Notes: generated from the letters alone by a model not told the origin. Counted from the whole stretch's first letter, positions 1 to 11,789 are shown. The stretch is 63,005 nucleotides of DNA, filler included, from Basidiobolus ranarum (GCA_040143965.1; 43 parts of 43 records of this genome joined end to end with filler, not necessarily neighbours in it); one strand, 5' to 3'. Translations and numbers: made by a program.

Positions 1-1375
1 TGTTGTGTTTAGTCTCTACATATGCACATATTTAACTGATTAGACATAACTCAATAACATCAATATGCTTTACCAGCAAACTAATGGTGGAAAAATTGCT
101 AAACATCTGAAATTTTGAATAGCACTGACACTTAGCAAATAGCTGACTCTTGTTACCATTCACATTTAGAACAAGCTCCTGGATTTTGGCAAATTTCTGT
201 AAAGAATTCAGCCAATATGTCCCCAACTTGCAGTCAACAAATGTCCTGCCCTAAGTAGATATGTGATTGCTTGAATAGAAAAGTGCATGGCTAAAATAAT
301 AATACTGCATATCACCATCTCTCCCATCATGCAGTCTGTCTTGCAGCTTTCCTAAAAATGGCATGAGATTATCACACAAGCAAATTAGTCCAATTATAGA
401 GGTACTTACTCTGTGTCCATGGGTTGGGCTTTGTTGCTGTTATTGTGCTCAAACAATGCAAAAACCTGTGAGCACATGGAAAAGAGCCCTTAGTTGACAG
501 GTTAATATACTCTGTAGTCTCCATAACCCGTTGCATTACATCCATCACTGATTTTGCTGATAATTGTTAATCAGATTAGCCTACAGTAATACTGACAATT
601 CACATGGAGCACCATTTCACTGCAGGTGCACTCCATTGTGAACTCACAGAATGTATAGCAAGGGCCTAAAATCTCTAAGCATTGTGAAAGATGCAGCAGA
701 GAATGTATTGAATACTGGCATAGATTCAGTCTATCTTTTTTAGACCTGCAATAAAGTTTCATATCCAGTTATAAAATCTTCACACAGTTGCTGTATCTGC
801 TTTAGATCTGCCAATGTGAGTTCACACCATAAGAATACATTGACAATATCACCAAACAACTCCCAATGTTGCCAATGCTTATCAGGCAGAAATCTTTTCA
901 AAATTTCACTTGATTATATATAAATCCCATACTTCCAGTCCTTGCATTTGAATAAATGCCTATATGAGTGGATATTGATGGGAGTCCTGGTAAAATATGA
1001 AGGTGTGTTGATGTTTTCAAGCATTTTCCTAATTGATTCAATTTTGATCCTATCTTGAATGGATCATTCATATTGAATTTTCCACTCAAAATCTGAGTAA
1101 GTAGTATCAGAATATTGTTGAATAGTAAGTGCATAGTGCCTAATTAGAAGCTCTGGCTCCAGCTGATCCCCTTTAGCAATATATTCTTAGGCTTACGGCT
1201 AATACAAAGTTTGATGTTAGACTGACTGTTTTGTGTATTGATATTAGTGATCATATTGAAATCTGACCAGGCTCTTGATGGTAAAGTCATGAAGTTTAGT
1301 GTTGTATTTGGATAGTAGTAATGTGTGCGCGTGTTAGAGTTAACTCCATTGATTTGCCAAAATCTCCGGGAGGAT
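1..1375 (-). mobile_element. Degenerate CACTA/EnSpm-like (CMC) transposase, C-terminal half
   Basis: Minus-strand fragments MHLLFNNI, FKCKDWK and GPCYTF(C/W)EF(T/P)ME, the last resembling the GPxxxWxFxxER motif of tnp2-type transposases. Colinear with 48480-49300, 57259-57850 and 59159-59560. Many stops and frameshifts. Confidence 0.7.
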
Positions 1376-1475
1376 NNNNNNNNNNNNNNNNNNNNNNNNN
1401 NNNNNNNNNNNNNNNNNNNTTAATTAATTAANNNNNNNNNNNNNNNNNNNNNNNNNNNNNNNNNNNNNNNNNNNN
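1376..1475. other. Assembly spacer (N44-TTAATTAATTAA-N44); first of 42 identical spacers joining 43 size-sorted contigs
   Basis: The same 100-bp spacer with stops in all six frames recurs about every 1.47 kb. Contig lengths fall monotonically from 1375 to 1361 bp. Confidence 0.99.
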
Positions 1476-1632
1476 CTCCCACAGATGTTATGAACACAAT
1501 CCCAGTGTTAGTTTTATATTTCCTCCAAAATGTACAAATGCTTTATTTCTGGACAATAAATAATTATCTCACAAAGTTATTTACAACTCCACTTTTCTAA
1601 AGTTCCTCTAAACAGCCCATATTTTCCCAATA
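1476..1632 (+). repeat. Copia LTR family A, 3' part of a 5' LTR
   Basis: Matches the 3' half of the complete LTR at 16312-16691. Ends TTTTCCCAATA directly before a PBS. Confidence 0.9.
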
Positions 1633-1644
1633 GGTTATGAGCCC
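1633..1644 (+). promoter_or_regulatory. Primer-binding site GGTTATGAGCCC (complementary to the anticodon arm of initiator tRNA-Met; half-tRNA priming)
   Basis: Abuts the LTR end and precedes the gag ATG at 1665. Same motif at 4270, 35328, 54025 and (minus) 36446-36457. Confidence 0.85.
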
Positions 1645-1664
1645 CATGTTCTAACCTTTACAGC

Positions 1665-2739
1665 ATGACAGAAACCACAACTACCACTTTTATTAACTCA
1701 AGTGTCAAAAAGCTTGATGGAGAAAATTCCAATTTCTGGAACTACTGCCCCCTGTTCACCTCAACAGAATGGAGTTGCTCAAAGAGCTAAAAGGACTATA
1801 ACAGAAATGGCAAGATCTATGATAAATGCACAAAATTTGTCTCATAATTTTTGGGCCAAAGCTGTTGCTATAGCTATTGTTCTGAAAAATAGAGTTTTAC
1901 TAGAAGTCTGTCTAACTCTACACCATATCAAGCTTGGTTTGGAGTTAAACCTGATGCAAAACATTAGAGGATCTTTGAATGCATTGCTAATCTCAAAAGT
2001 ATAACCAAAAATCCATCCAAATTTGGTCAAAAAAGTAAGAAATGCATATTTCTGGGCTATTGTAGTCAAACTAAGGCCTACTGACTGTACAATACAAAAA
2101 TTTTGAAGCTAATCAAGTCCAGGGATGTTTTGATTTACAAATATGAAACATTTTTGCCCATAATGACCTCAGATGATGATGAAAATCAATTTCTCCTGAT
2201 CCAATCATTCAAACTGATTCCAACAATAGCAATGAGGAAAATGGCACTCCTGTGGACCATTTATCCAGAATGCTGCCTACTGAAGTGCCTAATACAATGC
2301 CAGAAGTTGTAGTACCTTCATCCCAAAATAGGATATCATATTGGCTCAGAGATAGCCCTGATTACTATATCAACAAGGCTCAAAATTAAGCCTATGCCTG
2401 CATAGCCCAAATACATGAATATCAGACTATAAAAGAGGCCCTGAATGGCTCTCACATTAAACTTTGGAGATCTGCAATGGCTGATGAGTATTGGGCTTTG
2501 ACTCATAATCAAACTTGGATTTTAATTCACTTACCTGATGTCAGAAAATCAATTGGCTGTGAATGGGTGTTTGAAGTTAAATACAACTCTAATGGCAATA
2601 TCAAAAGGTACAAGATTAGACTAGTAGCAAAACACTATTCTCAAACACTACAAATTGATTATATAGAAACTCTGCTCCTGTAGCAGAGTTTAATTTGATT
2701 TGATTGATTGTAGCAATTTCAGCCAAGTATCAGTTTATT
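1665..2739 (+). mobile_element. Degenerate Ty1/copia internal region: gag start joined directly to integrase C-terminus, then RT N-terminus
   Basis: MTETTTTTFINSSVKKLDGENSNFW, then SPQQNGVAQRAKRTITEMARSM, and later KSIGCEWVFEVKYNSNGNIKRYKIRLVAK. Confidence 0.9.
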
Positions 2740-2849
2740 TATTGGGAAAATATGGGCTGTTTGGAGGAACTTTAGAAAAGTGGAGTTGTGAATAGCTTTG
2801 TGAGATAATTATTTATTGACCAGAAATTAAGCATTTATACATTTTGGTG
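2740..2849 (-). repeat. Copia LTR family A, partial, inserted in copia RT
   Basis: Reverse complement of the LTR-A 3' end (TATTGGGAAAATATGGGCTGTTTGGAGG...). Confidence 0.85.
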
Positions 2850-2949
2850 NNNNNNNNNNNNNNNNNNNNNNNNNNNNNNNNNNNNNNNNNNNNTTAATTA
2901 ATTAANNNNNNNNNNNNNNNNNNNNNNNNNNNNNNNNNNNNNNNNNNNN

Positions 2950-3842
2950 CTGCACAATCACCACAAAGCACCCTCAGTAGTGTGACACCACAAGGACATA
3001 AAAAATAGTCAAAGTGCTTGAGAAGTACTTTCAATAGTATGGGGGGAAAAATGCAGTGCAGGTATACAGAGAGTGGCTTTAGAAGAAGAACATTCAACTT
3101 GACATTCATTCTGGTGTTACCATGCAGATATCTGGGAAGAACTTAATACAAGGTGGCACAATATTGCAGGGTATCTGCCAGCTAGCTGGAAGAATGTGAT
3201 TCAGCAACATTAATAAAATGGTGAGCTTTGATGGAGATATTGATACAAACTTGTGTTGGATATGAGCCAAACCTTGGGTATGACAAATTCTATAAAAGTA
3301 TACAAGAGAATATATCAATGAAACTGGGGATTTCAAAAGTGACAAATTAGTGTTCAGGTTGTAAAAGTGTAAAATTTGAGTTACATTTTTTGCACATGTG
3401 TTGATCCATAGTTCTCTGGGATTGTAACCAATCATGCGCAACTATTTTGCAAGATCTTGAAATACACTCCTGAAACTGAAAAAATTGATTAAAATCAAAT
3501 CTAACTTGATGATTTATGACAGTAAGTAAAGAGTCAATCCCAAATGGAATAAAATTGTGATGGTTTTCCTATGATAACAATTGTCAAATCCTCTGTTAGG
3601 GAAATTAGCAGTCAAATGGTAAATGAGTAAAATTTGAGTGATGTTTTTTGCAGATGTGTTGATCCATAGTTTTCTGAGATCATAGCAAAGCATGGGCAAC
3701 TACTTAGCAAGATCTTTAAATTTCACTCCTGAAACTGAGAAAATTGAGCAAAGTCAAATCCAAGTAAGTAAATGGTCAACCCAAAATGGATTAAAATTAT
3801 GATGGTTTTCTTACAATAAGAATCCATCAATTTCTGTTAGGG
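2950..3842 (-). mobile_element. Subterminal region of the CMC-like DNA transposon with two tandem termini (CTGTTAGGG ending at 3601 and 3842)
   Basis: Same ~700-bp sequence at 23555-24122, 24320-24923, 26602-26944, 30262-30480, 49350-49843 and 61262-61470. Similarity stops sharply at CCCTAACAG. Confidence 0.7.
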
Positions 3843-3941
3843 GAAGGGTAGATTCAATCCTTATTAAATCAATTTGTTTTTGTTGAGGTTCTCATCAGCT
3901 CTTACTCACTTTGATTGAAGATGCTTCTTTGTGCTTACTGT

Positions 3942-4323
3942 AGTTCAAATTAGCTTTACATAAACACCTTTATAGTCATATATAGCTTGATACCTATTTA
4001 TATATAACTTACTAGGATAATATCCTTTATTGTCAACAGGAATCTACTCAGAAGATCTTGGATATATAGATTTTTCAAACATGTACTAGAAGCCCCAAAC
4101 TTTGCACACATGTTCCTGGAACCTTCCTTAACAAGTTCTACACATTGGTTTGTCTACAGGTTGACAAAACTGTAAATATCAACTTTCTACTCAACAAATC
4201 AATAAGTGAAAACCACCAATTTATTCAATTCTCCAAACCACTGCTAACAGGCTGCCAAATACTTTAATGGGTTATGAGCCCCAAGCTTCCACCCTCTGTA
4301 ATGTTTACTTTCCAAATTTATGG
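3942..4323 (+). mobile_element. Copia LTR family B (5' LTR ~3942-4269), PBS 4270-4281 and gag start at 4301
   Basis: Aligns with LTRs 11305-11665 and 35783-36110. Followed by GGTTATGAGCCC and ATG TTT ACT TTC CAA ATT TAT, a variant of gag MSTSQIY. Confidence 0.85.
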
Positions 4324-4423
4324 NNNNNNNNNNNNNNNNNNNNNNNNNNNNNNNNNNNNNNNNNNNNTTAATTAATTAANNNNNNNNNNNNNNNNNNNNN
4401 NNNNNNNNNNNNNNNNNNNNNNN

Positions 4424-4576
4424 CTGAACGTACCATGGGGCAGAAGTATATTCGGTTAAATTAAAGGTTGTCAATGAATTGAATCCCTCGGGTGGGCAAG
4501 CGGCAGGGGGTGCACAAGCTAGCGCAGAATAGGCTGCTAAAGTCTGAATAAGAAGATATTGAATGGTAGTTTTCAT
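4424..4576 (-). CDS. Secreted lipocalin-like protein, N-terminal fragment (cut by contig end)
   Basis: Signal-peptide-like N-terminus, then CPPEGFNSLTTFNLTEYTSAPWYVQ, which resembles the lipocalin SCR1 segment (FD/NLxxYxxxWY). CpG-normal, genic composition. Confidence 0.6.
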
Positions 4577-5237
4577 GGTGGTTGATATGTTACGCTACTG
4601 ATTAACGATGGAATTTATACTTTTGCTTCTACTGGATAGAATATATGGAGAAACGGTGAAACTCTAAATCGAAGAAACCATTTCTCGATCTAGGGCAAGT
4701 GGTCTCTTGCCTTATGGTTGGACAGGACACGTTATTATGATGCTATTAGTGTGAAATCCCGATTAACTTTAATGATAGAAGGGTTGTATGACATCAGCAG
4801 GTAGTCAAGTAAGAATTTCGATGATCGGGATTGGTTCTGAATCGAGAAAATGGATTGCTGATCCCTCATTCGCTTTTCATTGAGAACGGTTGATTTCTGT
4901 CGATTTGTATAAGCCTCTCTAGTAATCTTGAGTGAGACCAACTCGGATTTTTACAAGTATTTTCGCAAAGGTTGTTGGTTGCATTTGGTAGTAATTTGGA
5001 AATATCTCTCTAATGGCACGCTCTTCTCTTTCTAAATGAAATTCTCGGGATACTACAGATATCTTTAAATATCTTTATAAGTTTTCTCCGTATTGGTGGT
5101 AAATGGAATGTATCACAAATTGTAAACATATATAGATGTTTGCTTTTGAAGCTAACAAATGAATACTTGTTGATGTTCCTCGAACCGTGTGCAAGCTTAA
5201 CCATTCAACAAAAAACAGAGCCCTCAGCAGGACAAAA

Positions 5238-5319
5238 TGATGAGAGTGGGGTTCGAACCCACGCCTCCGAAGAGACTGCGACCTGAACGCAGCGCCTTAG
5301 ACCACTCGGCCATCTCACC
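5238..5319 (-). tRNA. tRNA-Leu (anticodon CAG)
   Basis: GGTGAGATGGCCGAGTGGTCTAAGGCG-CTGCG-TTCAGGT-CGCAG-TCTCTTCGGAGGC-GTGGGTTCGAACCCCAC-TCTCATC-A: 7-bp acceptor stem, long variable arm, intact A/B boxes, followed by a TTTT Pol III terminator. Confidence 0.97.
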
Positions 5320-7371
5320 ATTACAAGTAAATGTTCAAATGTTGATGCTGTCAGTGTAATTCAGAAATTTTTGGATATTGCAATCAATTTGCTCAAATGC
5401 GAGGTATCAAGGATATTTCTGGGCTGTAGGCTCCATAATAATTCGTCCTATCTTTAATACGTAAATCAGTGAACGTAATACTAATCTCAGTTATTCGTTA
5501 CTTGGTGTATTAATCCATAAAATATAACAACAGCATAAACATCAAAGTACAATTTAAAGATGCTTGCTTCCCAAATCGACGATGGCCTGGCGAGTTTAAA
5601 ACGGCTACCAATCTCCTAGAAATATATCACTGTTGCCTTAGGCTATTGGTTTCATCTTGACAATTGCTTGGCCAATCAAATAGCAACTAATATACTTTAC
5701 TCTTTATGACTATCAGTAGTGGGAAAAGGCTTTATAATTAGATGTGTCGCAATAAAGATGGTTATTGTTGAGTACTTCCAATAAATAACTTCATGTCNNN
5801 NNNNNNNNNNNNNNNNNNNNNNNNNNNNNNNNNNNNNNNNNTTAATTAATTAANNNNNNNNNNNNNNNNNNNNNNNNNNNNNNNNNNNNNNNNNNNNTGT
5901 CGGTTACCAAGATAGGCTAAACTTATTCTCAATTGATACTTCAAATGATTATCTCCATTGATTAGACAATAGCACCAGTAAGTCTAGGTCGTTCCATTTA
6001 CTGAGCGCGGAATTACCTAAAATGGATTTGTTGATTCAGTCATGCTACAAGGTACTCATTGATGTAAAATCAGAATCATGCAAATAGGCAACTGTGATCT
6101 AGCAGTAATGTTGACTCGTCAAGCACGGCTCATACTGTCTAATTTATGACTGCTTTTGATACATATCAGGCAAATAGGGTTAGCCTATGTTTCTTTGAGG
6201 AGTTTCAAATATATACTTGTACAGGCCGAACAACTCGTCAGAAAGAGCAGTCAATCCATAGAGCGCTCTGGACTTCCTTGAAATACGGATGTTGTTAATG
6301 CTGATCTACACCCGTATCTTTAACCAAGCAATGTTGTATTCATATGCTTCTATGTGGAAACTTTTATTATTTTGTGAAATTGCTTAGAAGCACTTTGAAA
6401 ATAATGATAAGTTTGCTGATATGAAATACGTTGTAGCAACGAGCACTAACTAATTGTAGTAATGTGCTAGAATCATTAAAAGTAGTAAGTGCATGCAGAG
6501 AATATACAGTACAAAAGCTGTAAGCGATATATAGCATGCCTTCTGATAATGTACTTCGATGTGATATCCTGGCAGCGAACAGGCGCCAGGTTTAGTATTA
6601 AAGATGAAAGCAAGTTTAAATCATCAGAACAATGATGCATCAATGATACACTATACTTAACAGCATCTCCGACATCGCGGCATATTGAAACTCCTCTCTT
6701 ATAGTGTACTAGTGATGACTTGCTTACTCATGTTAGCCCATTAGTTGCTAAATAACTATGCTAAGGAGTGAAGATTTATAATTATAGTACTCATTACTGG
6801 TATAAAAAGTAGAGAACATTTATTCTCATAGGTCACCCTTTCCATAAAATTTAGGTTGATGTGAATATCTAATGAAGTAATTTACATACATATGGAGGAT
6901 ATAACTACAAAAATCCCACATTTCTTAATAGTAATTAAAGTACATGTTACTTTTCACTATTAACTGTATGAATTTAAGAGGATTACCATAGAATTTATTT
7001 TGTTATATTTATCAAAGAGACTATAGATCAATAGGGTTAGGCCCAAGTCCTCTCTCCAGTGATAGAAGTCTTGCTGGACCGGCATTAACTCGATAGTACT
7101 GTTAGTTTGCTATTTCCTTTTGAAGCAATAGGCACGAAGTTTGAATATGTTAACAATTACTATGTCAAGAGTACAGGAGATAAGGAGTAAGTGTTCCAAA
7201 GAACAAAGTTAGATCCATCGCTTCGCATAGTTTACTGCATCATTTGAGAATACCTTAAGTTCCCACGCTACNNNNNNNNNNNNNNNNNNNNNNNNNNNNN
7301 NNNNNNNNNNNNNNNTTAATTAATTAANNNNNNNNNNNNNNNNNNNNNNNNNNNNNNNNNNNNNNNNNNNN

Positions 7372-8744
7372 TTTGTCTCTAAAGTTGAGGCCGCAACGGT
7401 CGCTTCCGGTCCATACAAGCAAAAACGCAATTGGAATCGTGTCTTTGCGGACTCAAAATCGAAATTCCTATTTCTCAATTCATGCTTTCTATCCTCATGA
7501 GTCTTATTGTATATTTTCTTGCAGACTTCTGAAGGCATGAAGATATAGTATTCTCTCCAAAGCAGAGTTGAAAGTTGCTTCCACTTTTGTCTAATGCCCC
7601 CTTCCCCAGCTTCTGTCAAGTTTATCAATAACTCCCATATATCCAAGCAAGAATTCATAGTGGATACCTGGGCATCTGTAAAATCATTAGGCATGCGCTG
7701 CTTCGCGCCACCCACACCTTCATTTGACTGCGCGCGCGAAATTTTGGAAGTGGTGGTTTCCTGTACCAAAGTAGGTTGTGAATCAGGAAGAATCTGCTTT
7801 GACATGATACGTAACTACCATATATATCTATGATGTTAGACTTTATTGGTTTCAATCAGAGATAGGGATCTTTTTATATTATTGGTTAAAATGTCAAAGT
7901 TAACTTCCTATAGTGTGATCAAGCATTATGCATTCCACTTTGAGCTGTTTTGATATGTATGCAAAATAAATTGATTGAGATGAAACTATGATTAACTTTG
8001 CTGATGTGGTTTATTATGTAATTTCCATGCAATTGCACATAATTGAAATAATTGGGATAATAAACACAAACAGAAATTTATTATACAGAATGGGAGGAAT
8101 TTTACCATGACAATTGAAATTTTTAGATCAATAACTAATGCACACCAGATCAATCAGTATCATGCCAGCTCAGTACAAGATCAATATCATGCTCTCCATC
8201 TACTCTATATGGTCATTCCTTATTAATTCAAAAGCAACTACTGGCTTTACTATCATCATCCTAGAAGCTATATTTGGGAAATACTGTGGCTCATATACTC
8301 CAATACACCTACCTGAAAGCAGCTAGTCAGTTTGCTTTATTTCTATAAAAACTATTGTCCAATCAAACTTCAGTGTGCTATTACAGTAGCAAAAGTGGGA
8401 GAAGCTTCCATACCAGGTGTCATGATTCTGATCTTGGCATATTCATTCACTGCAAATAGAACTCTCCTATTATTGCATTCTGACATCATATCTGCTGTGG
8501 CATCCCTTCTTGGCAATCTTGTGTTAGTTCCTTCAGGTTTCCTTATAGGGAAGTCATGATCTTTGGAGCATTCCATGAAAGCTAACCATTCACGTAATCC
8601 CACACAAAGTGTATCTCCATCAAGACCTTCCATGGAAGGTCACCTGATCATCCTTACATCATCCTTCTTTAGACTTGTTCCTTTGGACCAGGTCAAATTA
8701 TGCTGCTTGATCCAGCCTGCTAGTACACCATCTGGCAAAATCTG
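7372..8744 (-). mobile_element. Unclassified dispersed repeat encoding a Myb/SANT-like ORF (7372-7805) and a degenerate upstream ORF
   Basis: Colinear copy at 12128-13161, further pieces at 41157-41460, 61645-61790, 11666-11689 and 45430-45451. The ORF contains W...KWKQLSTLL...SEVCKKIY, reminiscent of Myb/SANT-like (trihelix/MADF) helices. Confidence 0.6.
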
Positions 8745-10081
8745 NNNNNNNNNNNNNNNNNNNNNNNNNNNNNNNNNNNNNNNNNNNNTTAATTAATTAA
8801 NNNNNNNNNNNNNNNNNNNNNNNNNNNNNNNNNNNNNNNNNNNNGTAAAGCCCTGCTGTCTCGAATCCGCAAGACCCGCAGTTTCGAAGCCTTTGGTATC
8901 TTCTACTTCGGTGCCAGAGACCCATTGTGATTTTTTGGTAGTGTCGGTCATTGCAAGTGACGATTTCTGGATACTTGTCTGTTCAATTGCTGTGAAGGAG
9001 TAATTGGTCAGCCAAGCCTAGCAGTTGTCTAATTTTTGATCAATGGAGAGAAGGACATTTTATACTTTCTATGCGGAAACTCACTCCAAACCTACCCTGA
9101 GCTTAAAGCGTTATCCTAAGCAAAGTTCCCTAATTCAGCTTTGTCTAGTTACTCATATTTCCAGACTGAAACCTTTTCCAATATGTTTTACAATTCCTAT
9201 TGAATAACAGGCTCCCTAATGATTTCAATTTTCGCTTAAACTTGGTAGAACCATTTACTCATCTGACTTCACTCTCTCTCACATACGATAATCTTTTAGA
9301 TGTGGGAATCATATTTACTTATATGCTGAAAATTCAATTTTAGGTTTCAATAAATCGACTCTAACCCTAACCCATATTACCTCTCGTTATTGTCACTAAC
9401 CATATATATATCTACACTACGTTTGTTATAACATATGCATTCATCCTAAGCTTGTTTTTAAAACCATGTAACGTGATCAATAAAAATTGATTATCAGTAA
9501 ACAGCACTGGTGTCGAAAATTCGTAGGCTTCTTTCATCAAATCGTCCGTGTTCAGAGATGAGAATCTGTTTTTCAACAACGTGAACACAACCTCCACCAA
9601 CCCGATCCCTTACGTAATACATGAAATAACCGGACCTAACCCAAGTTAGTAGAAAGTTTGACATCCGAGTGGTTATCACAAAAATCAGGTGTTATGGATA
9701 CACCATGTTATGAACAACGCGTCAGCCAGTGAAAATCCACTACGATCCAAGATAAGGACCACTCGGAGAGGAATTCATTATCGATATGGTATTATTCTAC
9801 TGCTACTGTTCCTGGATCATTTGAAATAGAACATTTAACTTTCTTGAAAACGATACAGATTGTTCACTGGATAAAGTTACACCTCTTATGGACGAATATC
9901 CTAAATTAAATGACCTAATTATTTCAAGTACTGAATGTATGTAGTGAATTTTATTTTCAATAGAATATTCGTGCTATATTTAACAGTGCAAACAAATATG
10001 ATAGGCAATTATTGACAACTACTAGAGAGAAAGTAGAAAAATATACTGAAATTTTTGTATCACTGAGAAAACAACTCAGAT

Positions 10082-10216
10082 TTAATGTCCTTTGGCGATT
10101 TCATCCACACTTCTTCCCTTGGTTTCGGGAACAAAGAAGTAGTCAAATATCAAAAATACAAAGTTAAAAACCACGAAAATGATGAACACCTTCGAACCCA
10201 TAGAGTTGATCAGAGT
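10082..10216 (-). CDS. MFS sugar porter, C-terminal fragment
   Basis: Translation [44 protein letters not shown]: last TM helix plus the PETKG sugar-porter signature. Confidence 0.9.
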   Translation of the reverse strand, partial: TLINSMGSKVFIIFVVFNFVFLIFDYFFVPETKGRSVDEIAKGH

Positions 10217-10317
10217 ANNNNNNNNNNNNNNNNNNNNNNNNNNNNNNNNNNNNNNNNNNNNTTAATTAATTAANNNNNNNNNNNNNNNNNNNNNNNNNNN
10301 NNNNNNNNNNNNNNNNN

Positions 10318-11293
10318 GTAGATGATCTTATTATAGTGAATAAAGACTTGAAGAATTTGTAGAAAACCAATTCCAGCTAATCTGCCAAATACAAAACAAC
10401 TGATCTTGGTGAGCTGACATACTATCTTGGAATTCTAATTAAGATAGATAGAACTACCAAAATAATAACCTTAAACCAGTTTAAGTATATCCTAGATATA
10501 CTAAAGAAGTTTAAAATGGAAGAATGTAATCCTGTATCTATCCCAATGGAGACAAATCTTAACTTGACCAAAAATAGCTCAAATCAGACATTTTTGAATT
10601 CAAATGAAAGCCAAAAATTTTCTTATCAATCTATGGTTGGTAGTCTGATATATATCATGGTTGGAACATGGCCAGATATGGCATATTTGGTGGGAGTTAT
10701 GTGCCAATATCTTCAAAATTATGGATCAGATCAAATCATAGCAGTCAAGTGGATTTTCAGATATTTGAAACAAACTGTGGATCTGGGCTTAAAATACACC
10801 TATTCTGCATCAAACTTTGACCTGATGGAATATTCAGATGCAAATTGGGGAAGAGTTACAAAAGACAGTAAATCTACAACAGGATACATATTTATTGCTG
10901 TAATGGAGCTATTTCATGGAATATAAAGAAACAACCCACTGTAGCACTTTGAACAGCAGAAGCAGAATACATGGCTGCCTGTGAAGCAACAAAGATGCAA
11001 TATTGTTAAGAAAACTCTTAACAGATTTAGCTTGTTCCCTAAATTCACCAACTACAGTATTTCAAGATAATCAATGTTGCATCAAATTAGCTAAATATCC
11101 CATGTTTCATAATAGAAGCAAGCACATAGATATTAAGCATCACTTCATTAGAGAGACTGTGGAGAATAAGTTTATTGACTTAACTTATTTTTCTTCAGAA
11201 GTCATGATTGCTGATATATTAACCAAACCATTTGCTAGACAGAAATTTGGAAAATTCAGACCTTTACAAGGATTAGTCTATAAGACTATTTAG
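10318..11293 (+). mobile_element. Ty1/copia RT C-terminus and RNase H (family B), degenerate
   Basis: VDDLII, YQSMVGSLIY, YSDANWG, STTGYIF, EAEYMA, RSKHIDIKHHFIRE, MIADILTKP. Confidence 0.95.
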
Positions 11294-11304
11294 TTGAGGG
11301 ACAG

Positions 11305-11665
11305 TGTTGAAATTAGCATTGCATAAACACCTCATAGTCTTATGTAGCTTAGTACTTACTTATATTAAATATTACTAAGCTGTTATCTGTTATTCTCAAT
11401 TTGAATTTACTTGGAATATTTTTACCAACTTAGGAGTTCTCAGATATATAGAATTTTCAAACTTGTGCTAGAAGCCCCAAACTTTGCACACATGTTCCTG
11501 GGACCCTCCTTAACACATTCCACATGCTGGTTTATTTAAATGTTGACAAATGTATAAATGTCAACTTTCTACTCAATAAACCAACAAGTGAAAATCAACA
11601 AGTGAAAACCACCAATTCCTCTATTTCAACAAACAACTCCCATCAGGCCCCTAAATACTTTAATA
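11305..11665 (+). repeat. Copia LTR family B, 3' LTR preceded by PPT
   Basis: PPT GAGGGACAG then TGTTGAAATTAGC ... CTTTAATA. Matches 35783-36110. Confidence 0.9.
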
Positions 11666-11789
11666 GGAAGGCCACCTGATCATCCTTACNNNNNNNNNNN
11701 NNNNNNNNNNNNNNNNNNNNNNNNNNNNNNNNNTTAATTAATTAANNNNNNNNNNNNNNNNNNNNNNNNNNNNNNNNNNNNNNNNNNNN

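Noticed and set aside
1420-1431. Regularly spaced palindromic TTAATTAATTAA repeat (CRISPR-like or genomic periodicity)
   Set aside because: Always embedded in exactly 44+44 Ns between size-sorted contigs; an artificial six-frame stop linker.
4735-5204. Short ORFs beside the tRNA-Leu gene
   Set aside because: No motifs or homology cues; likely chance ORFs.
5898-7271. Contig with normal CpG content but no ORF
   Set aside because: No coding, RNA or repeat signal recognised; treated as intergenic.
8845-8951. Possible gene start MTDTTKKSQWVSGTEVEDTKGFETAGLADSRQQGF on the minus strand
   Set aside because: Plausible but only 35 codons with no recognisable motif; cannot be supported.
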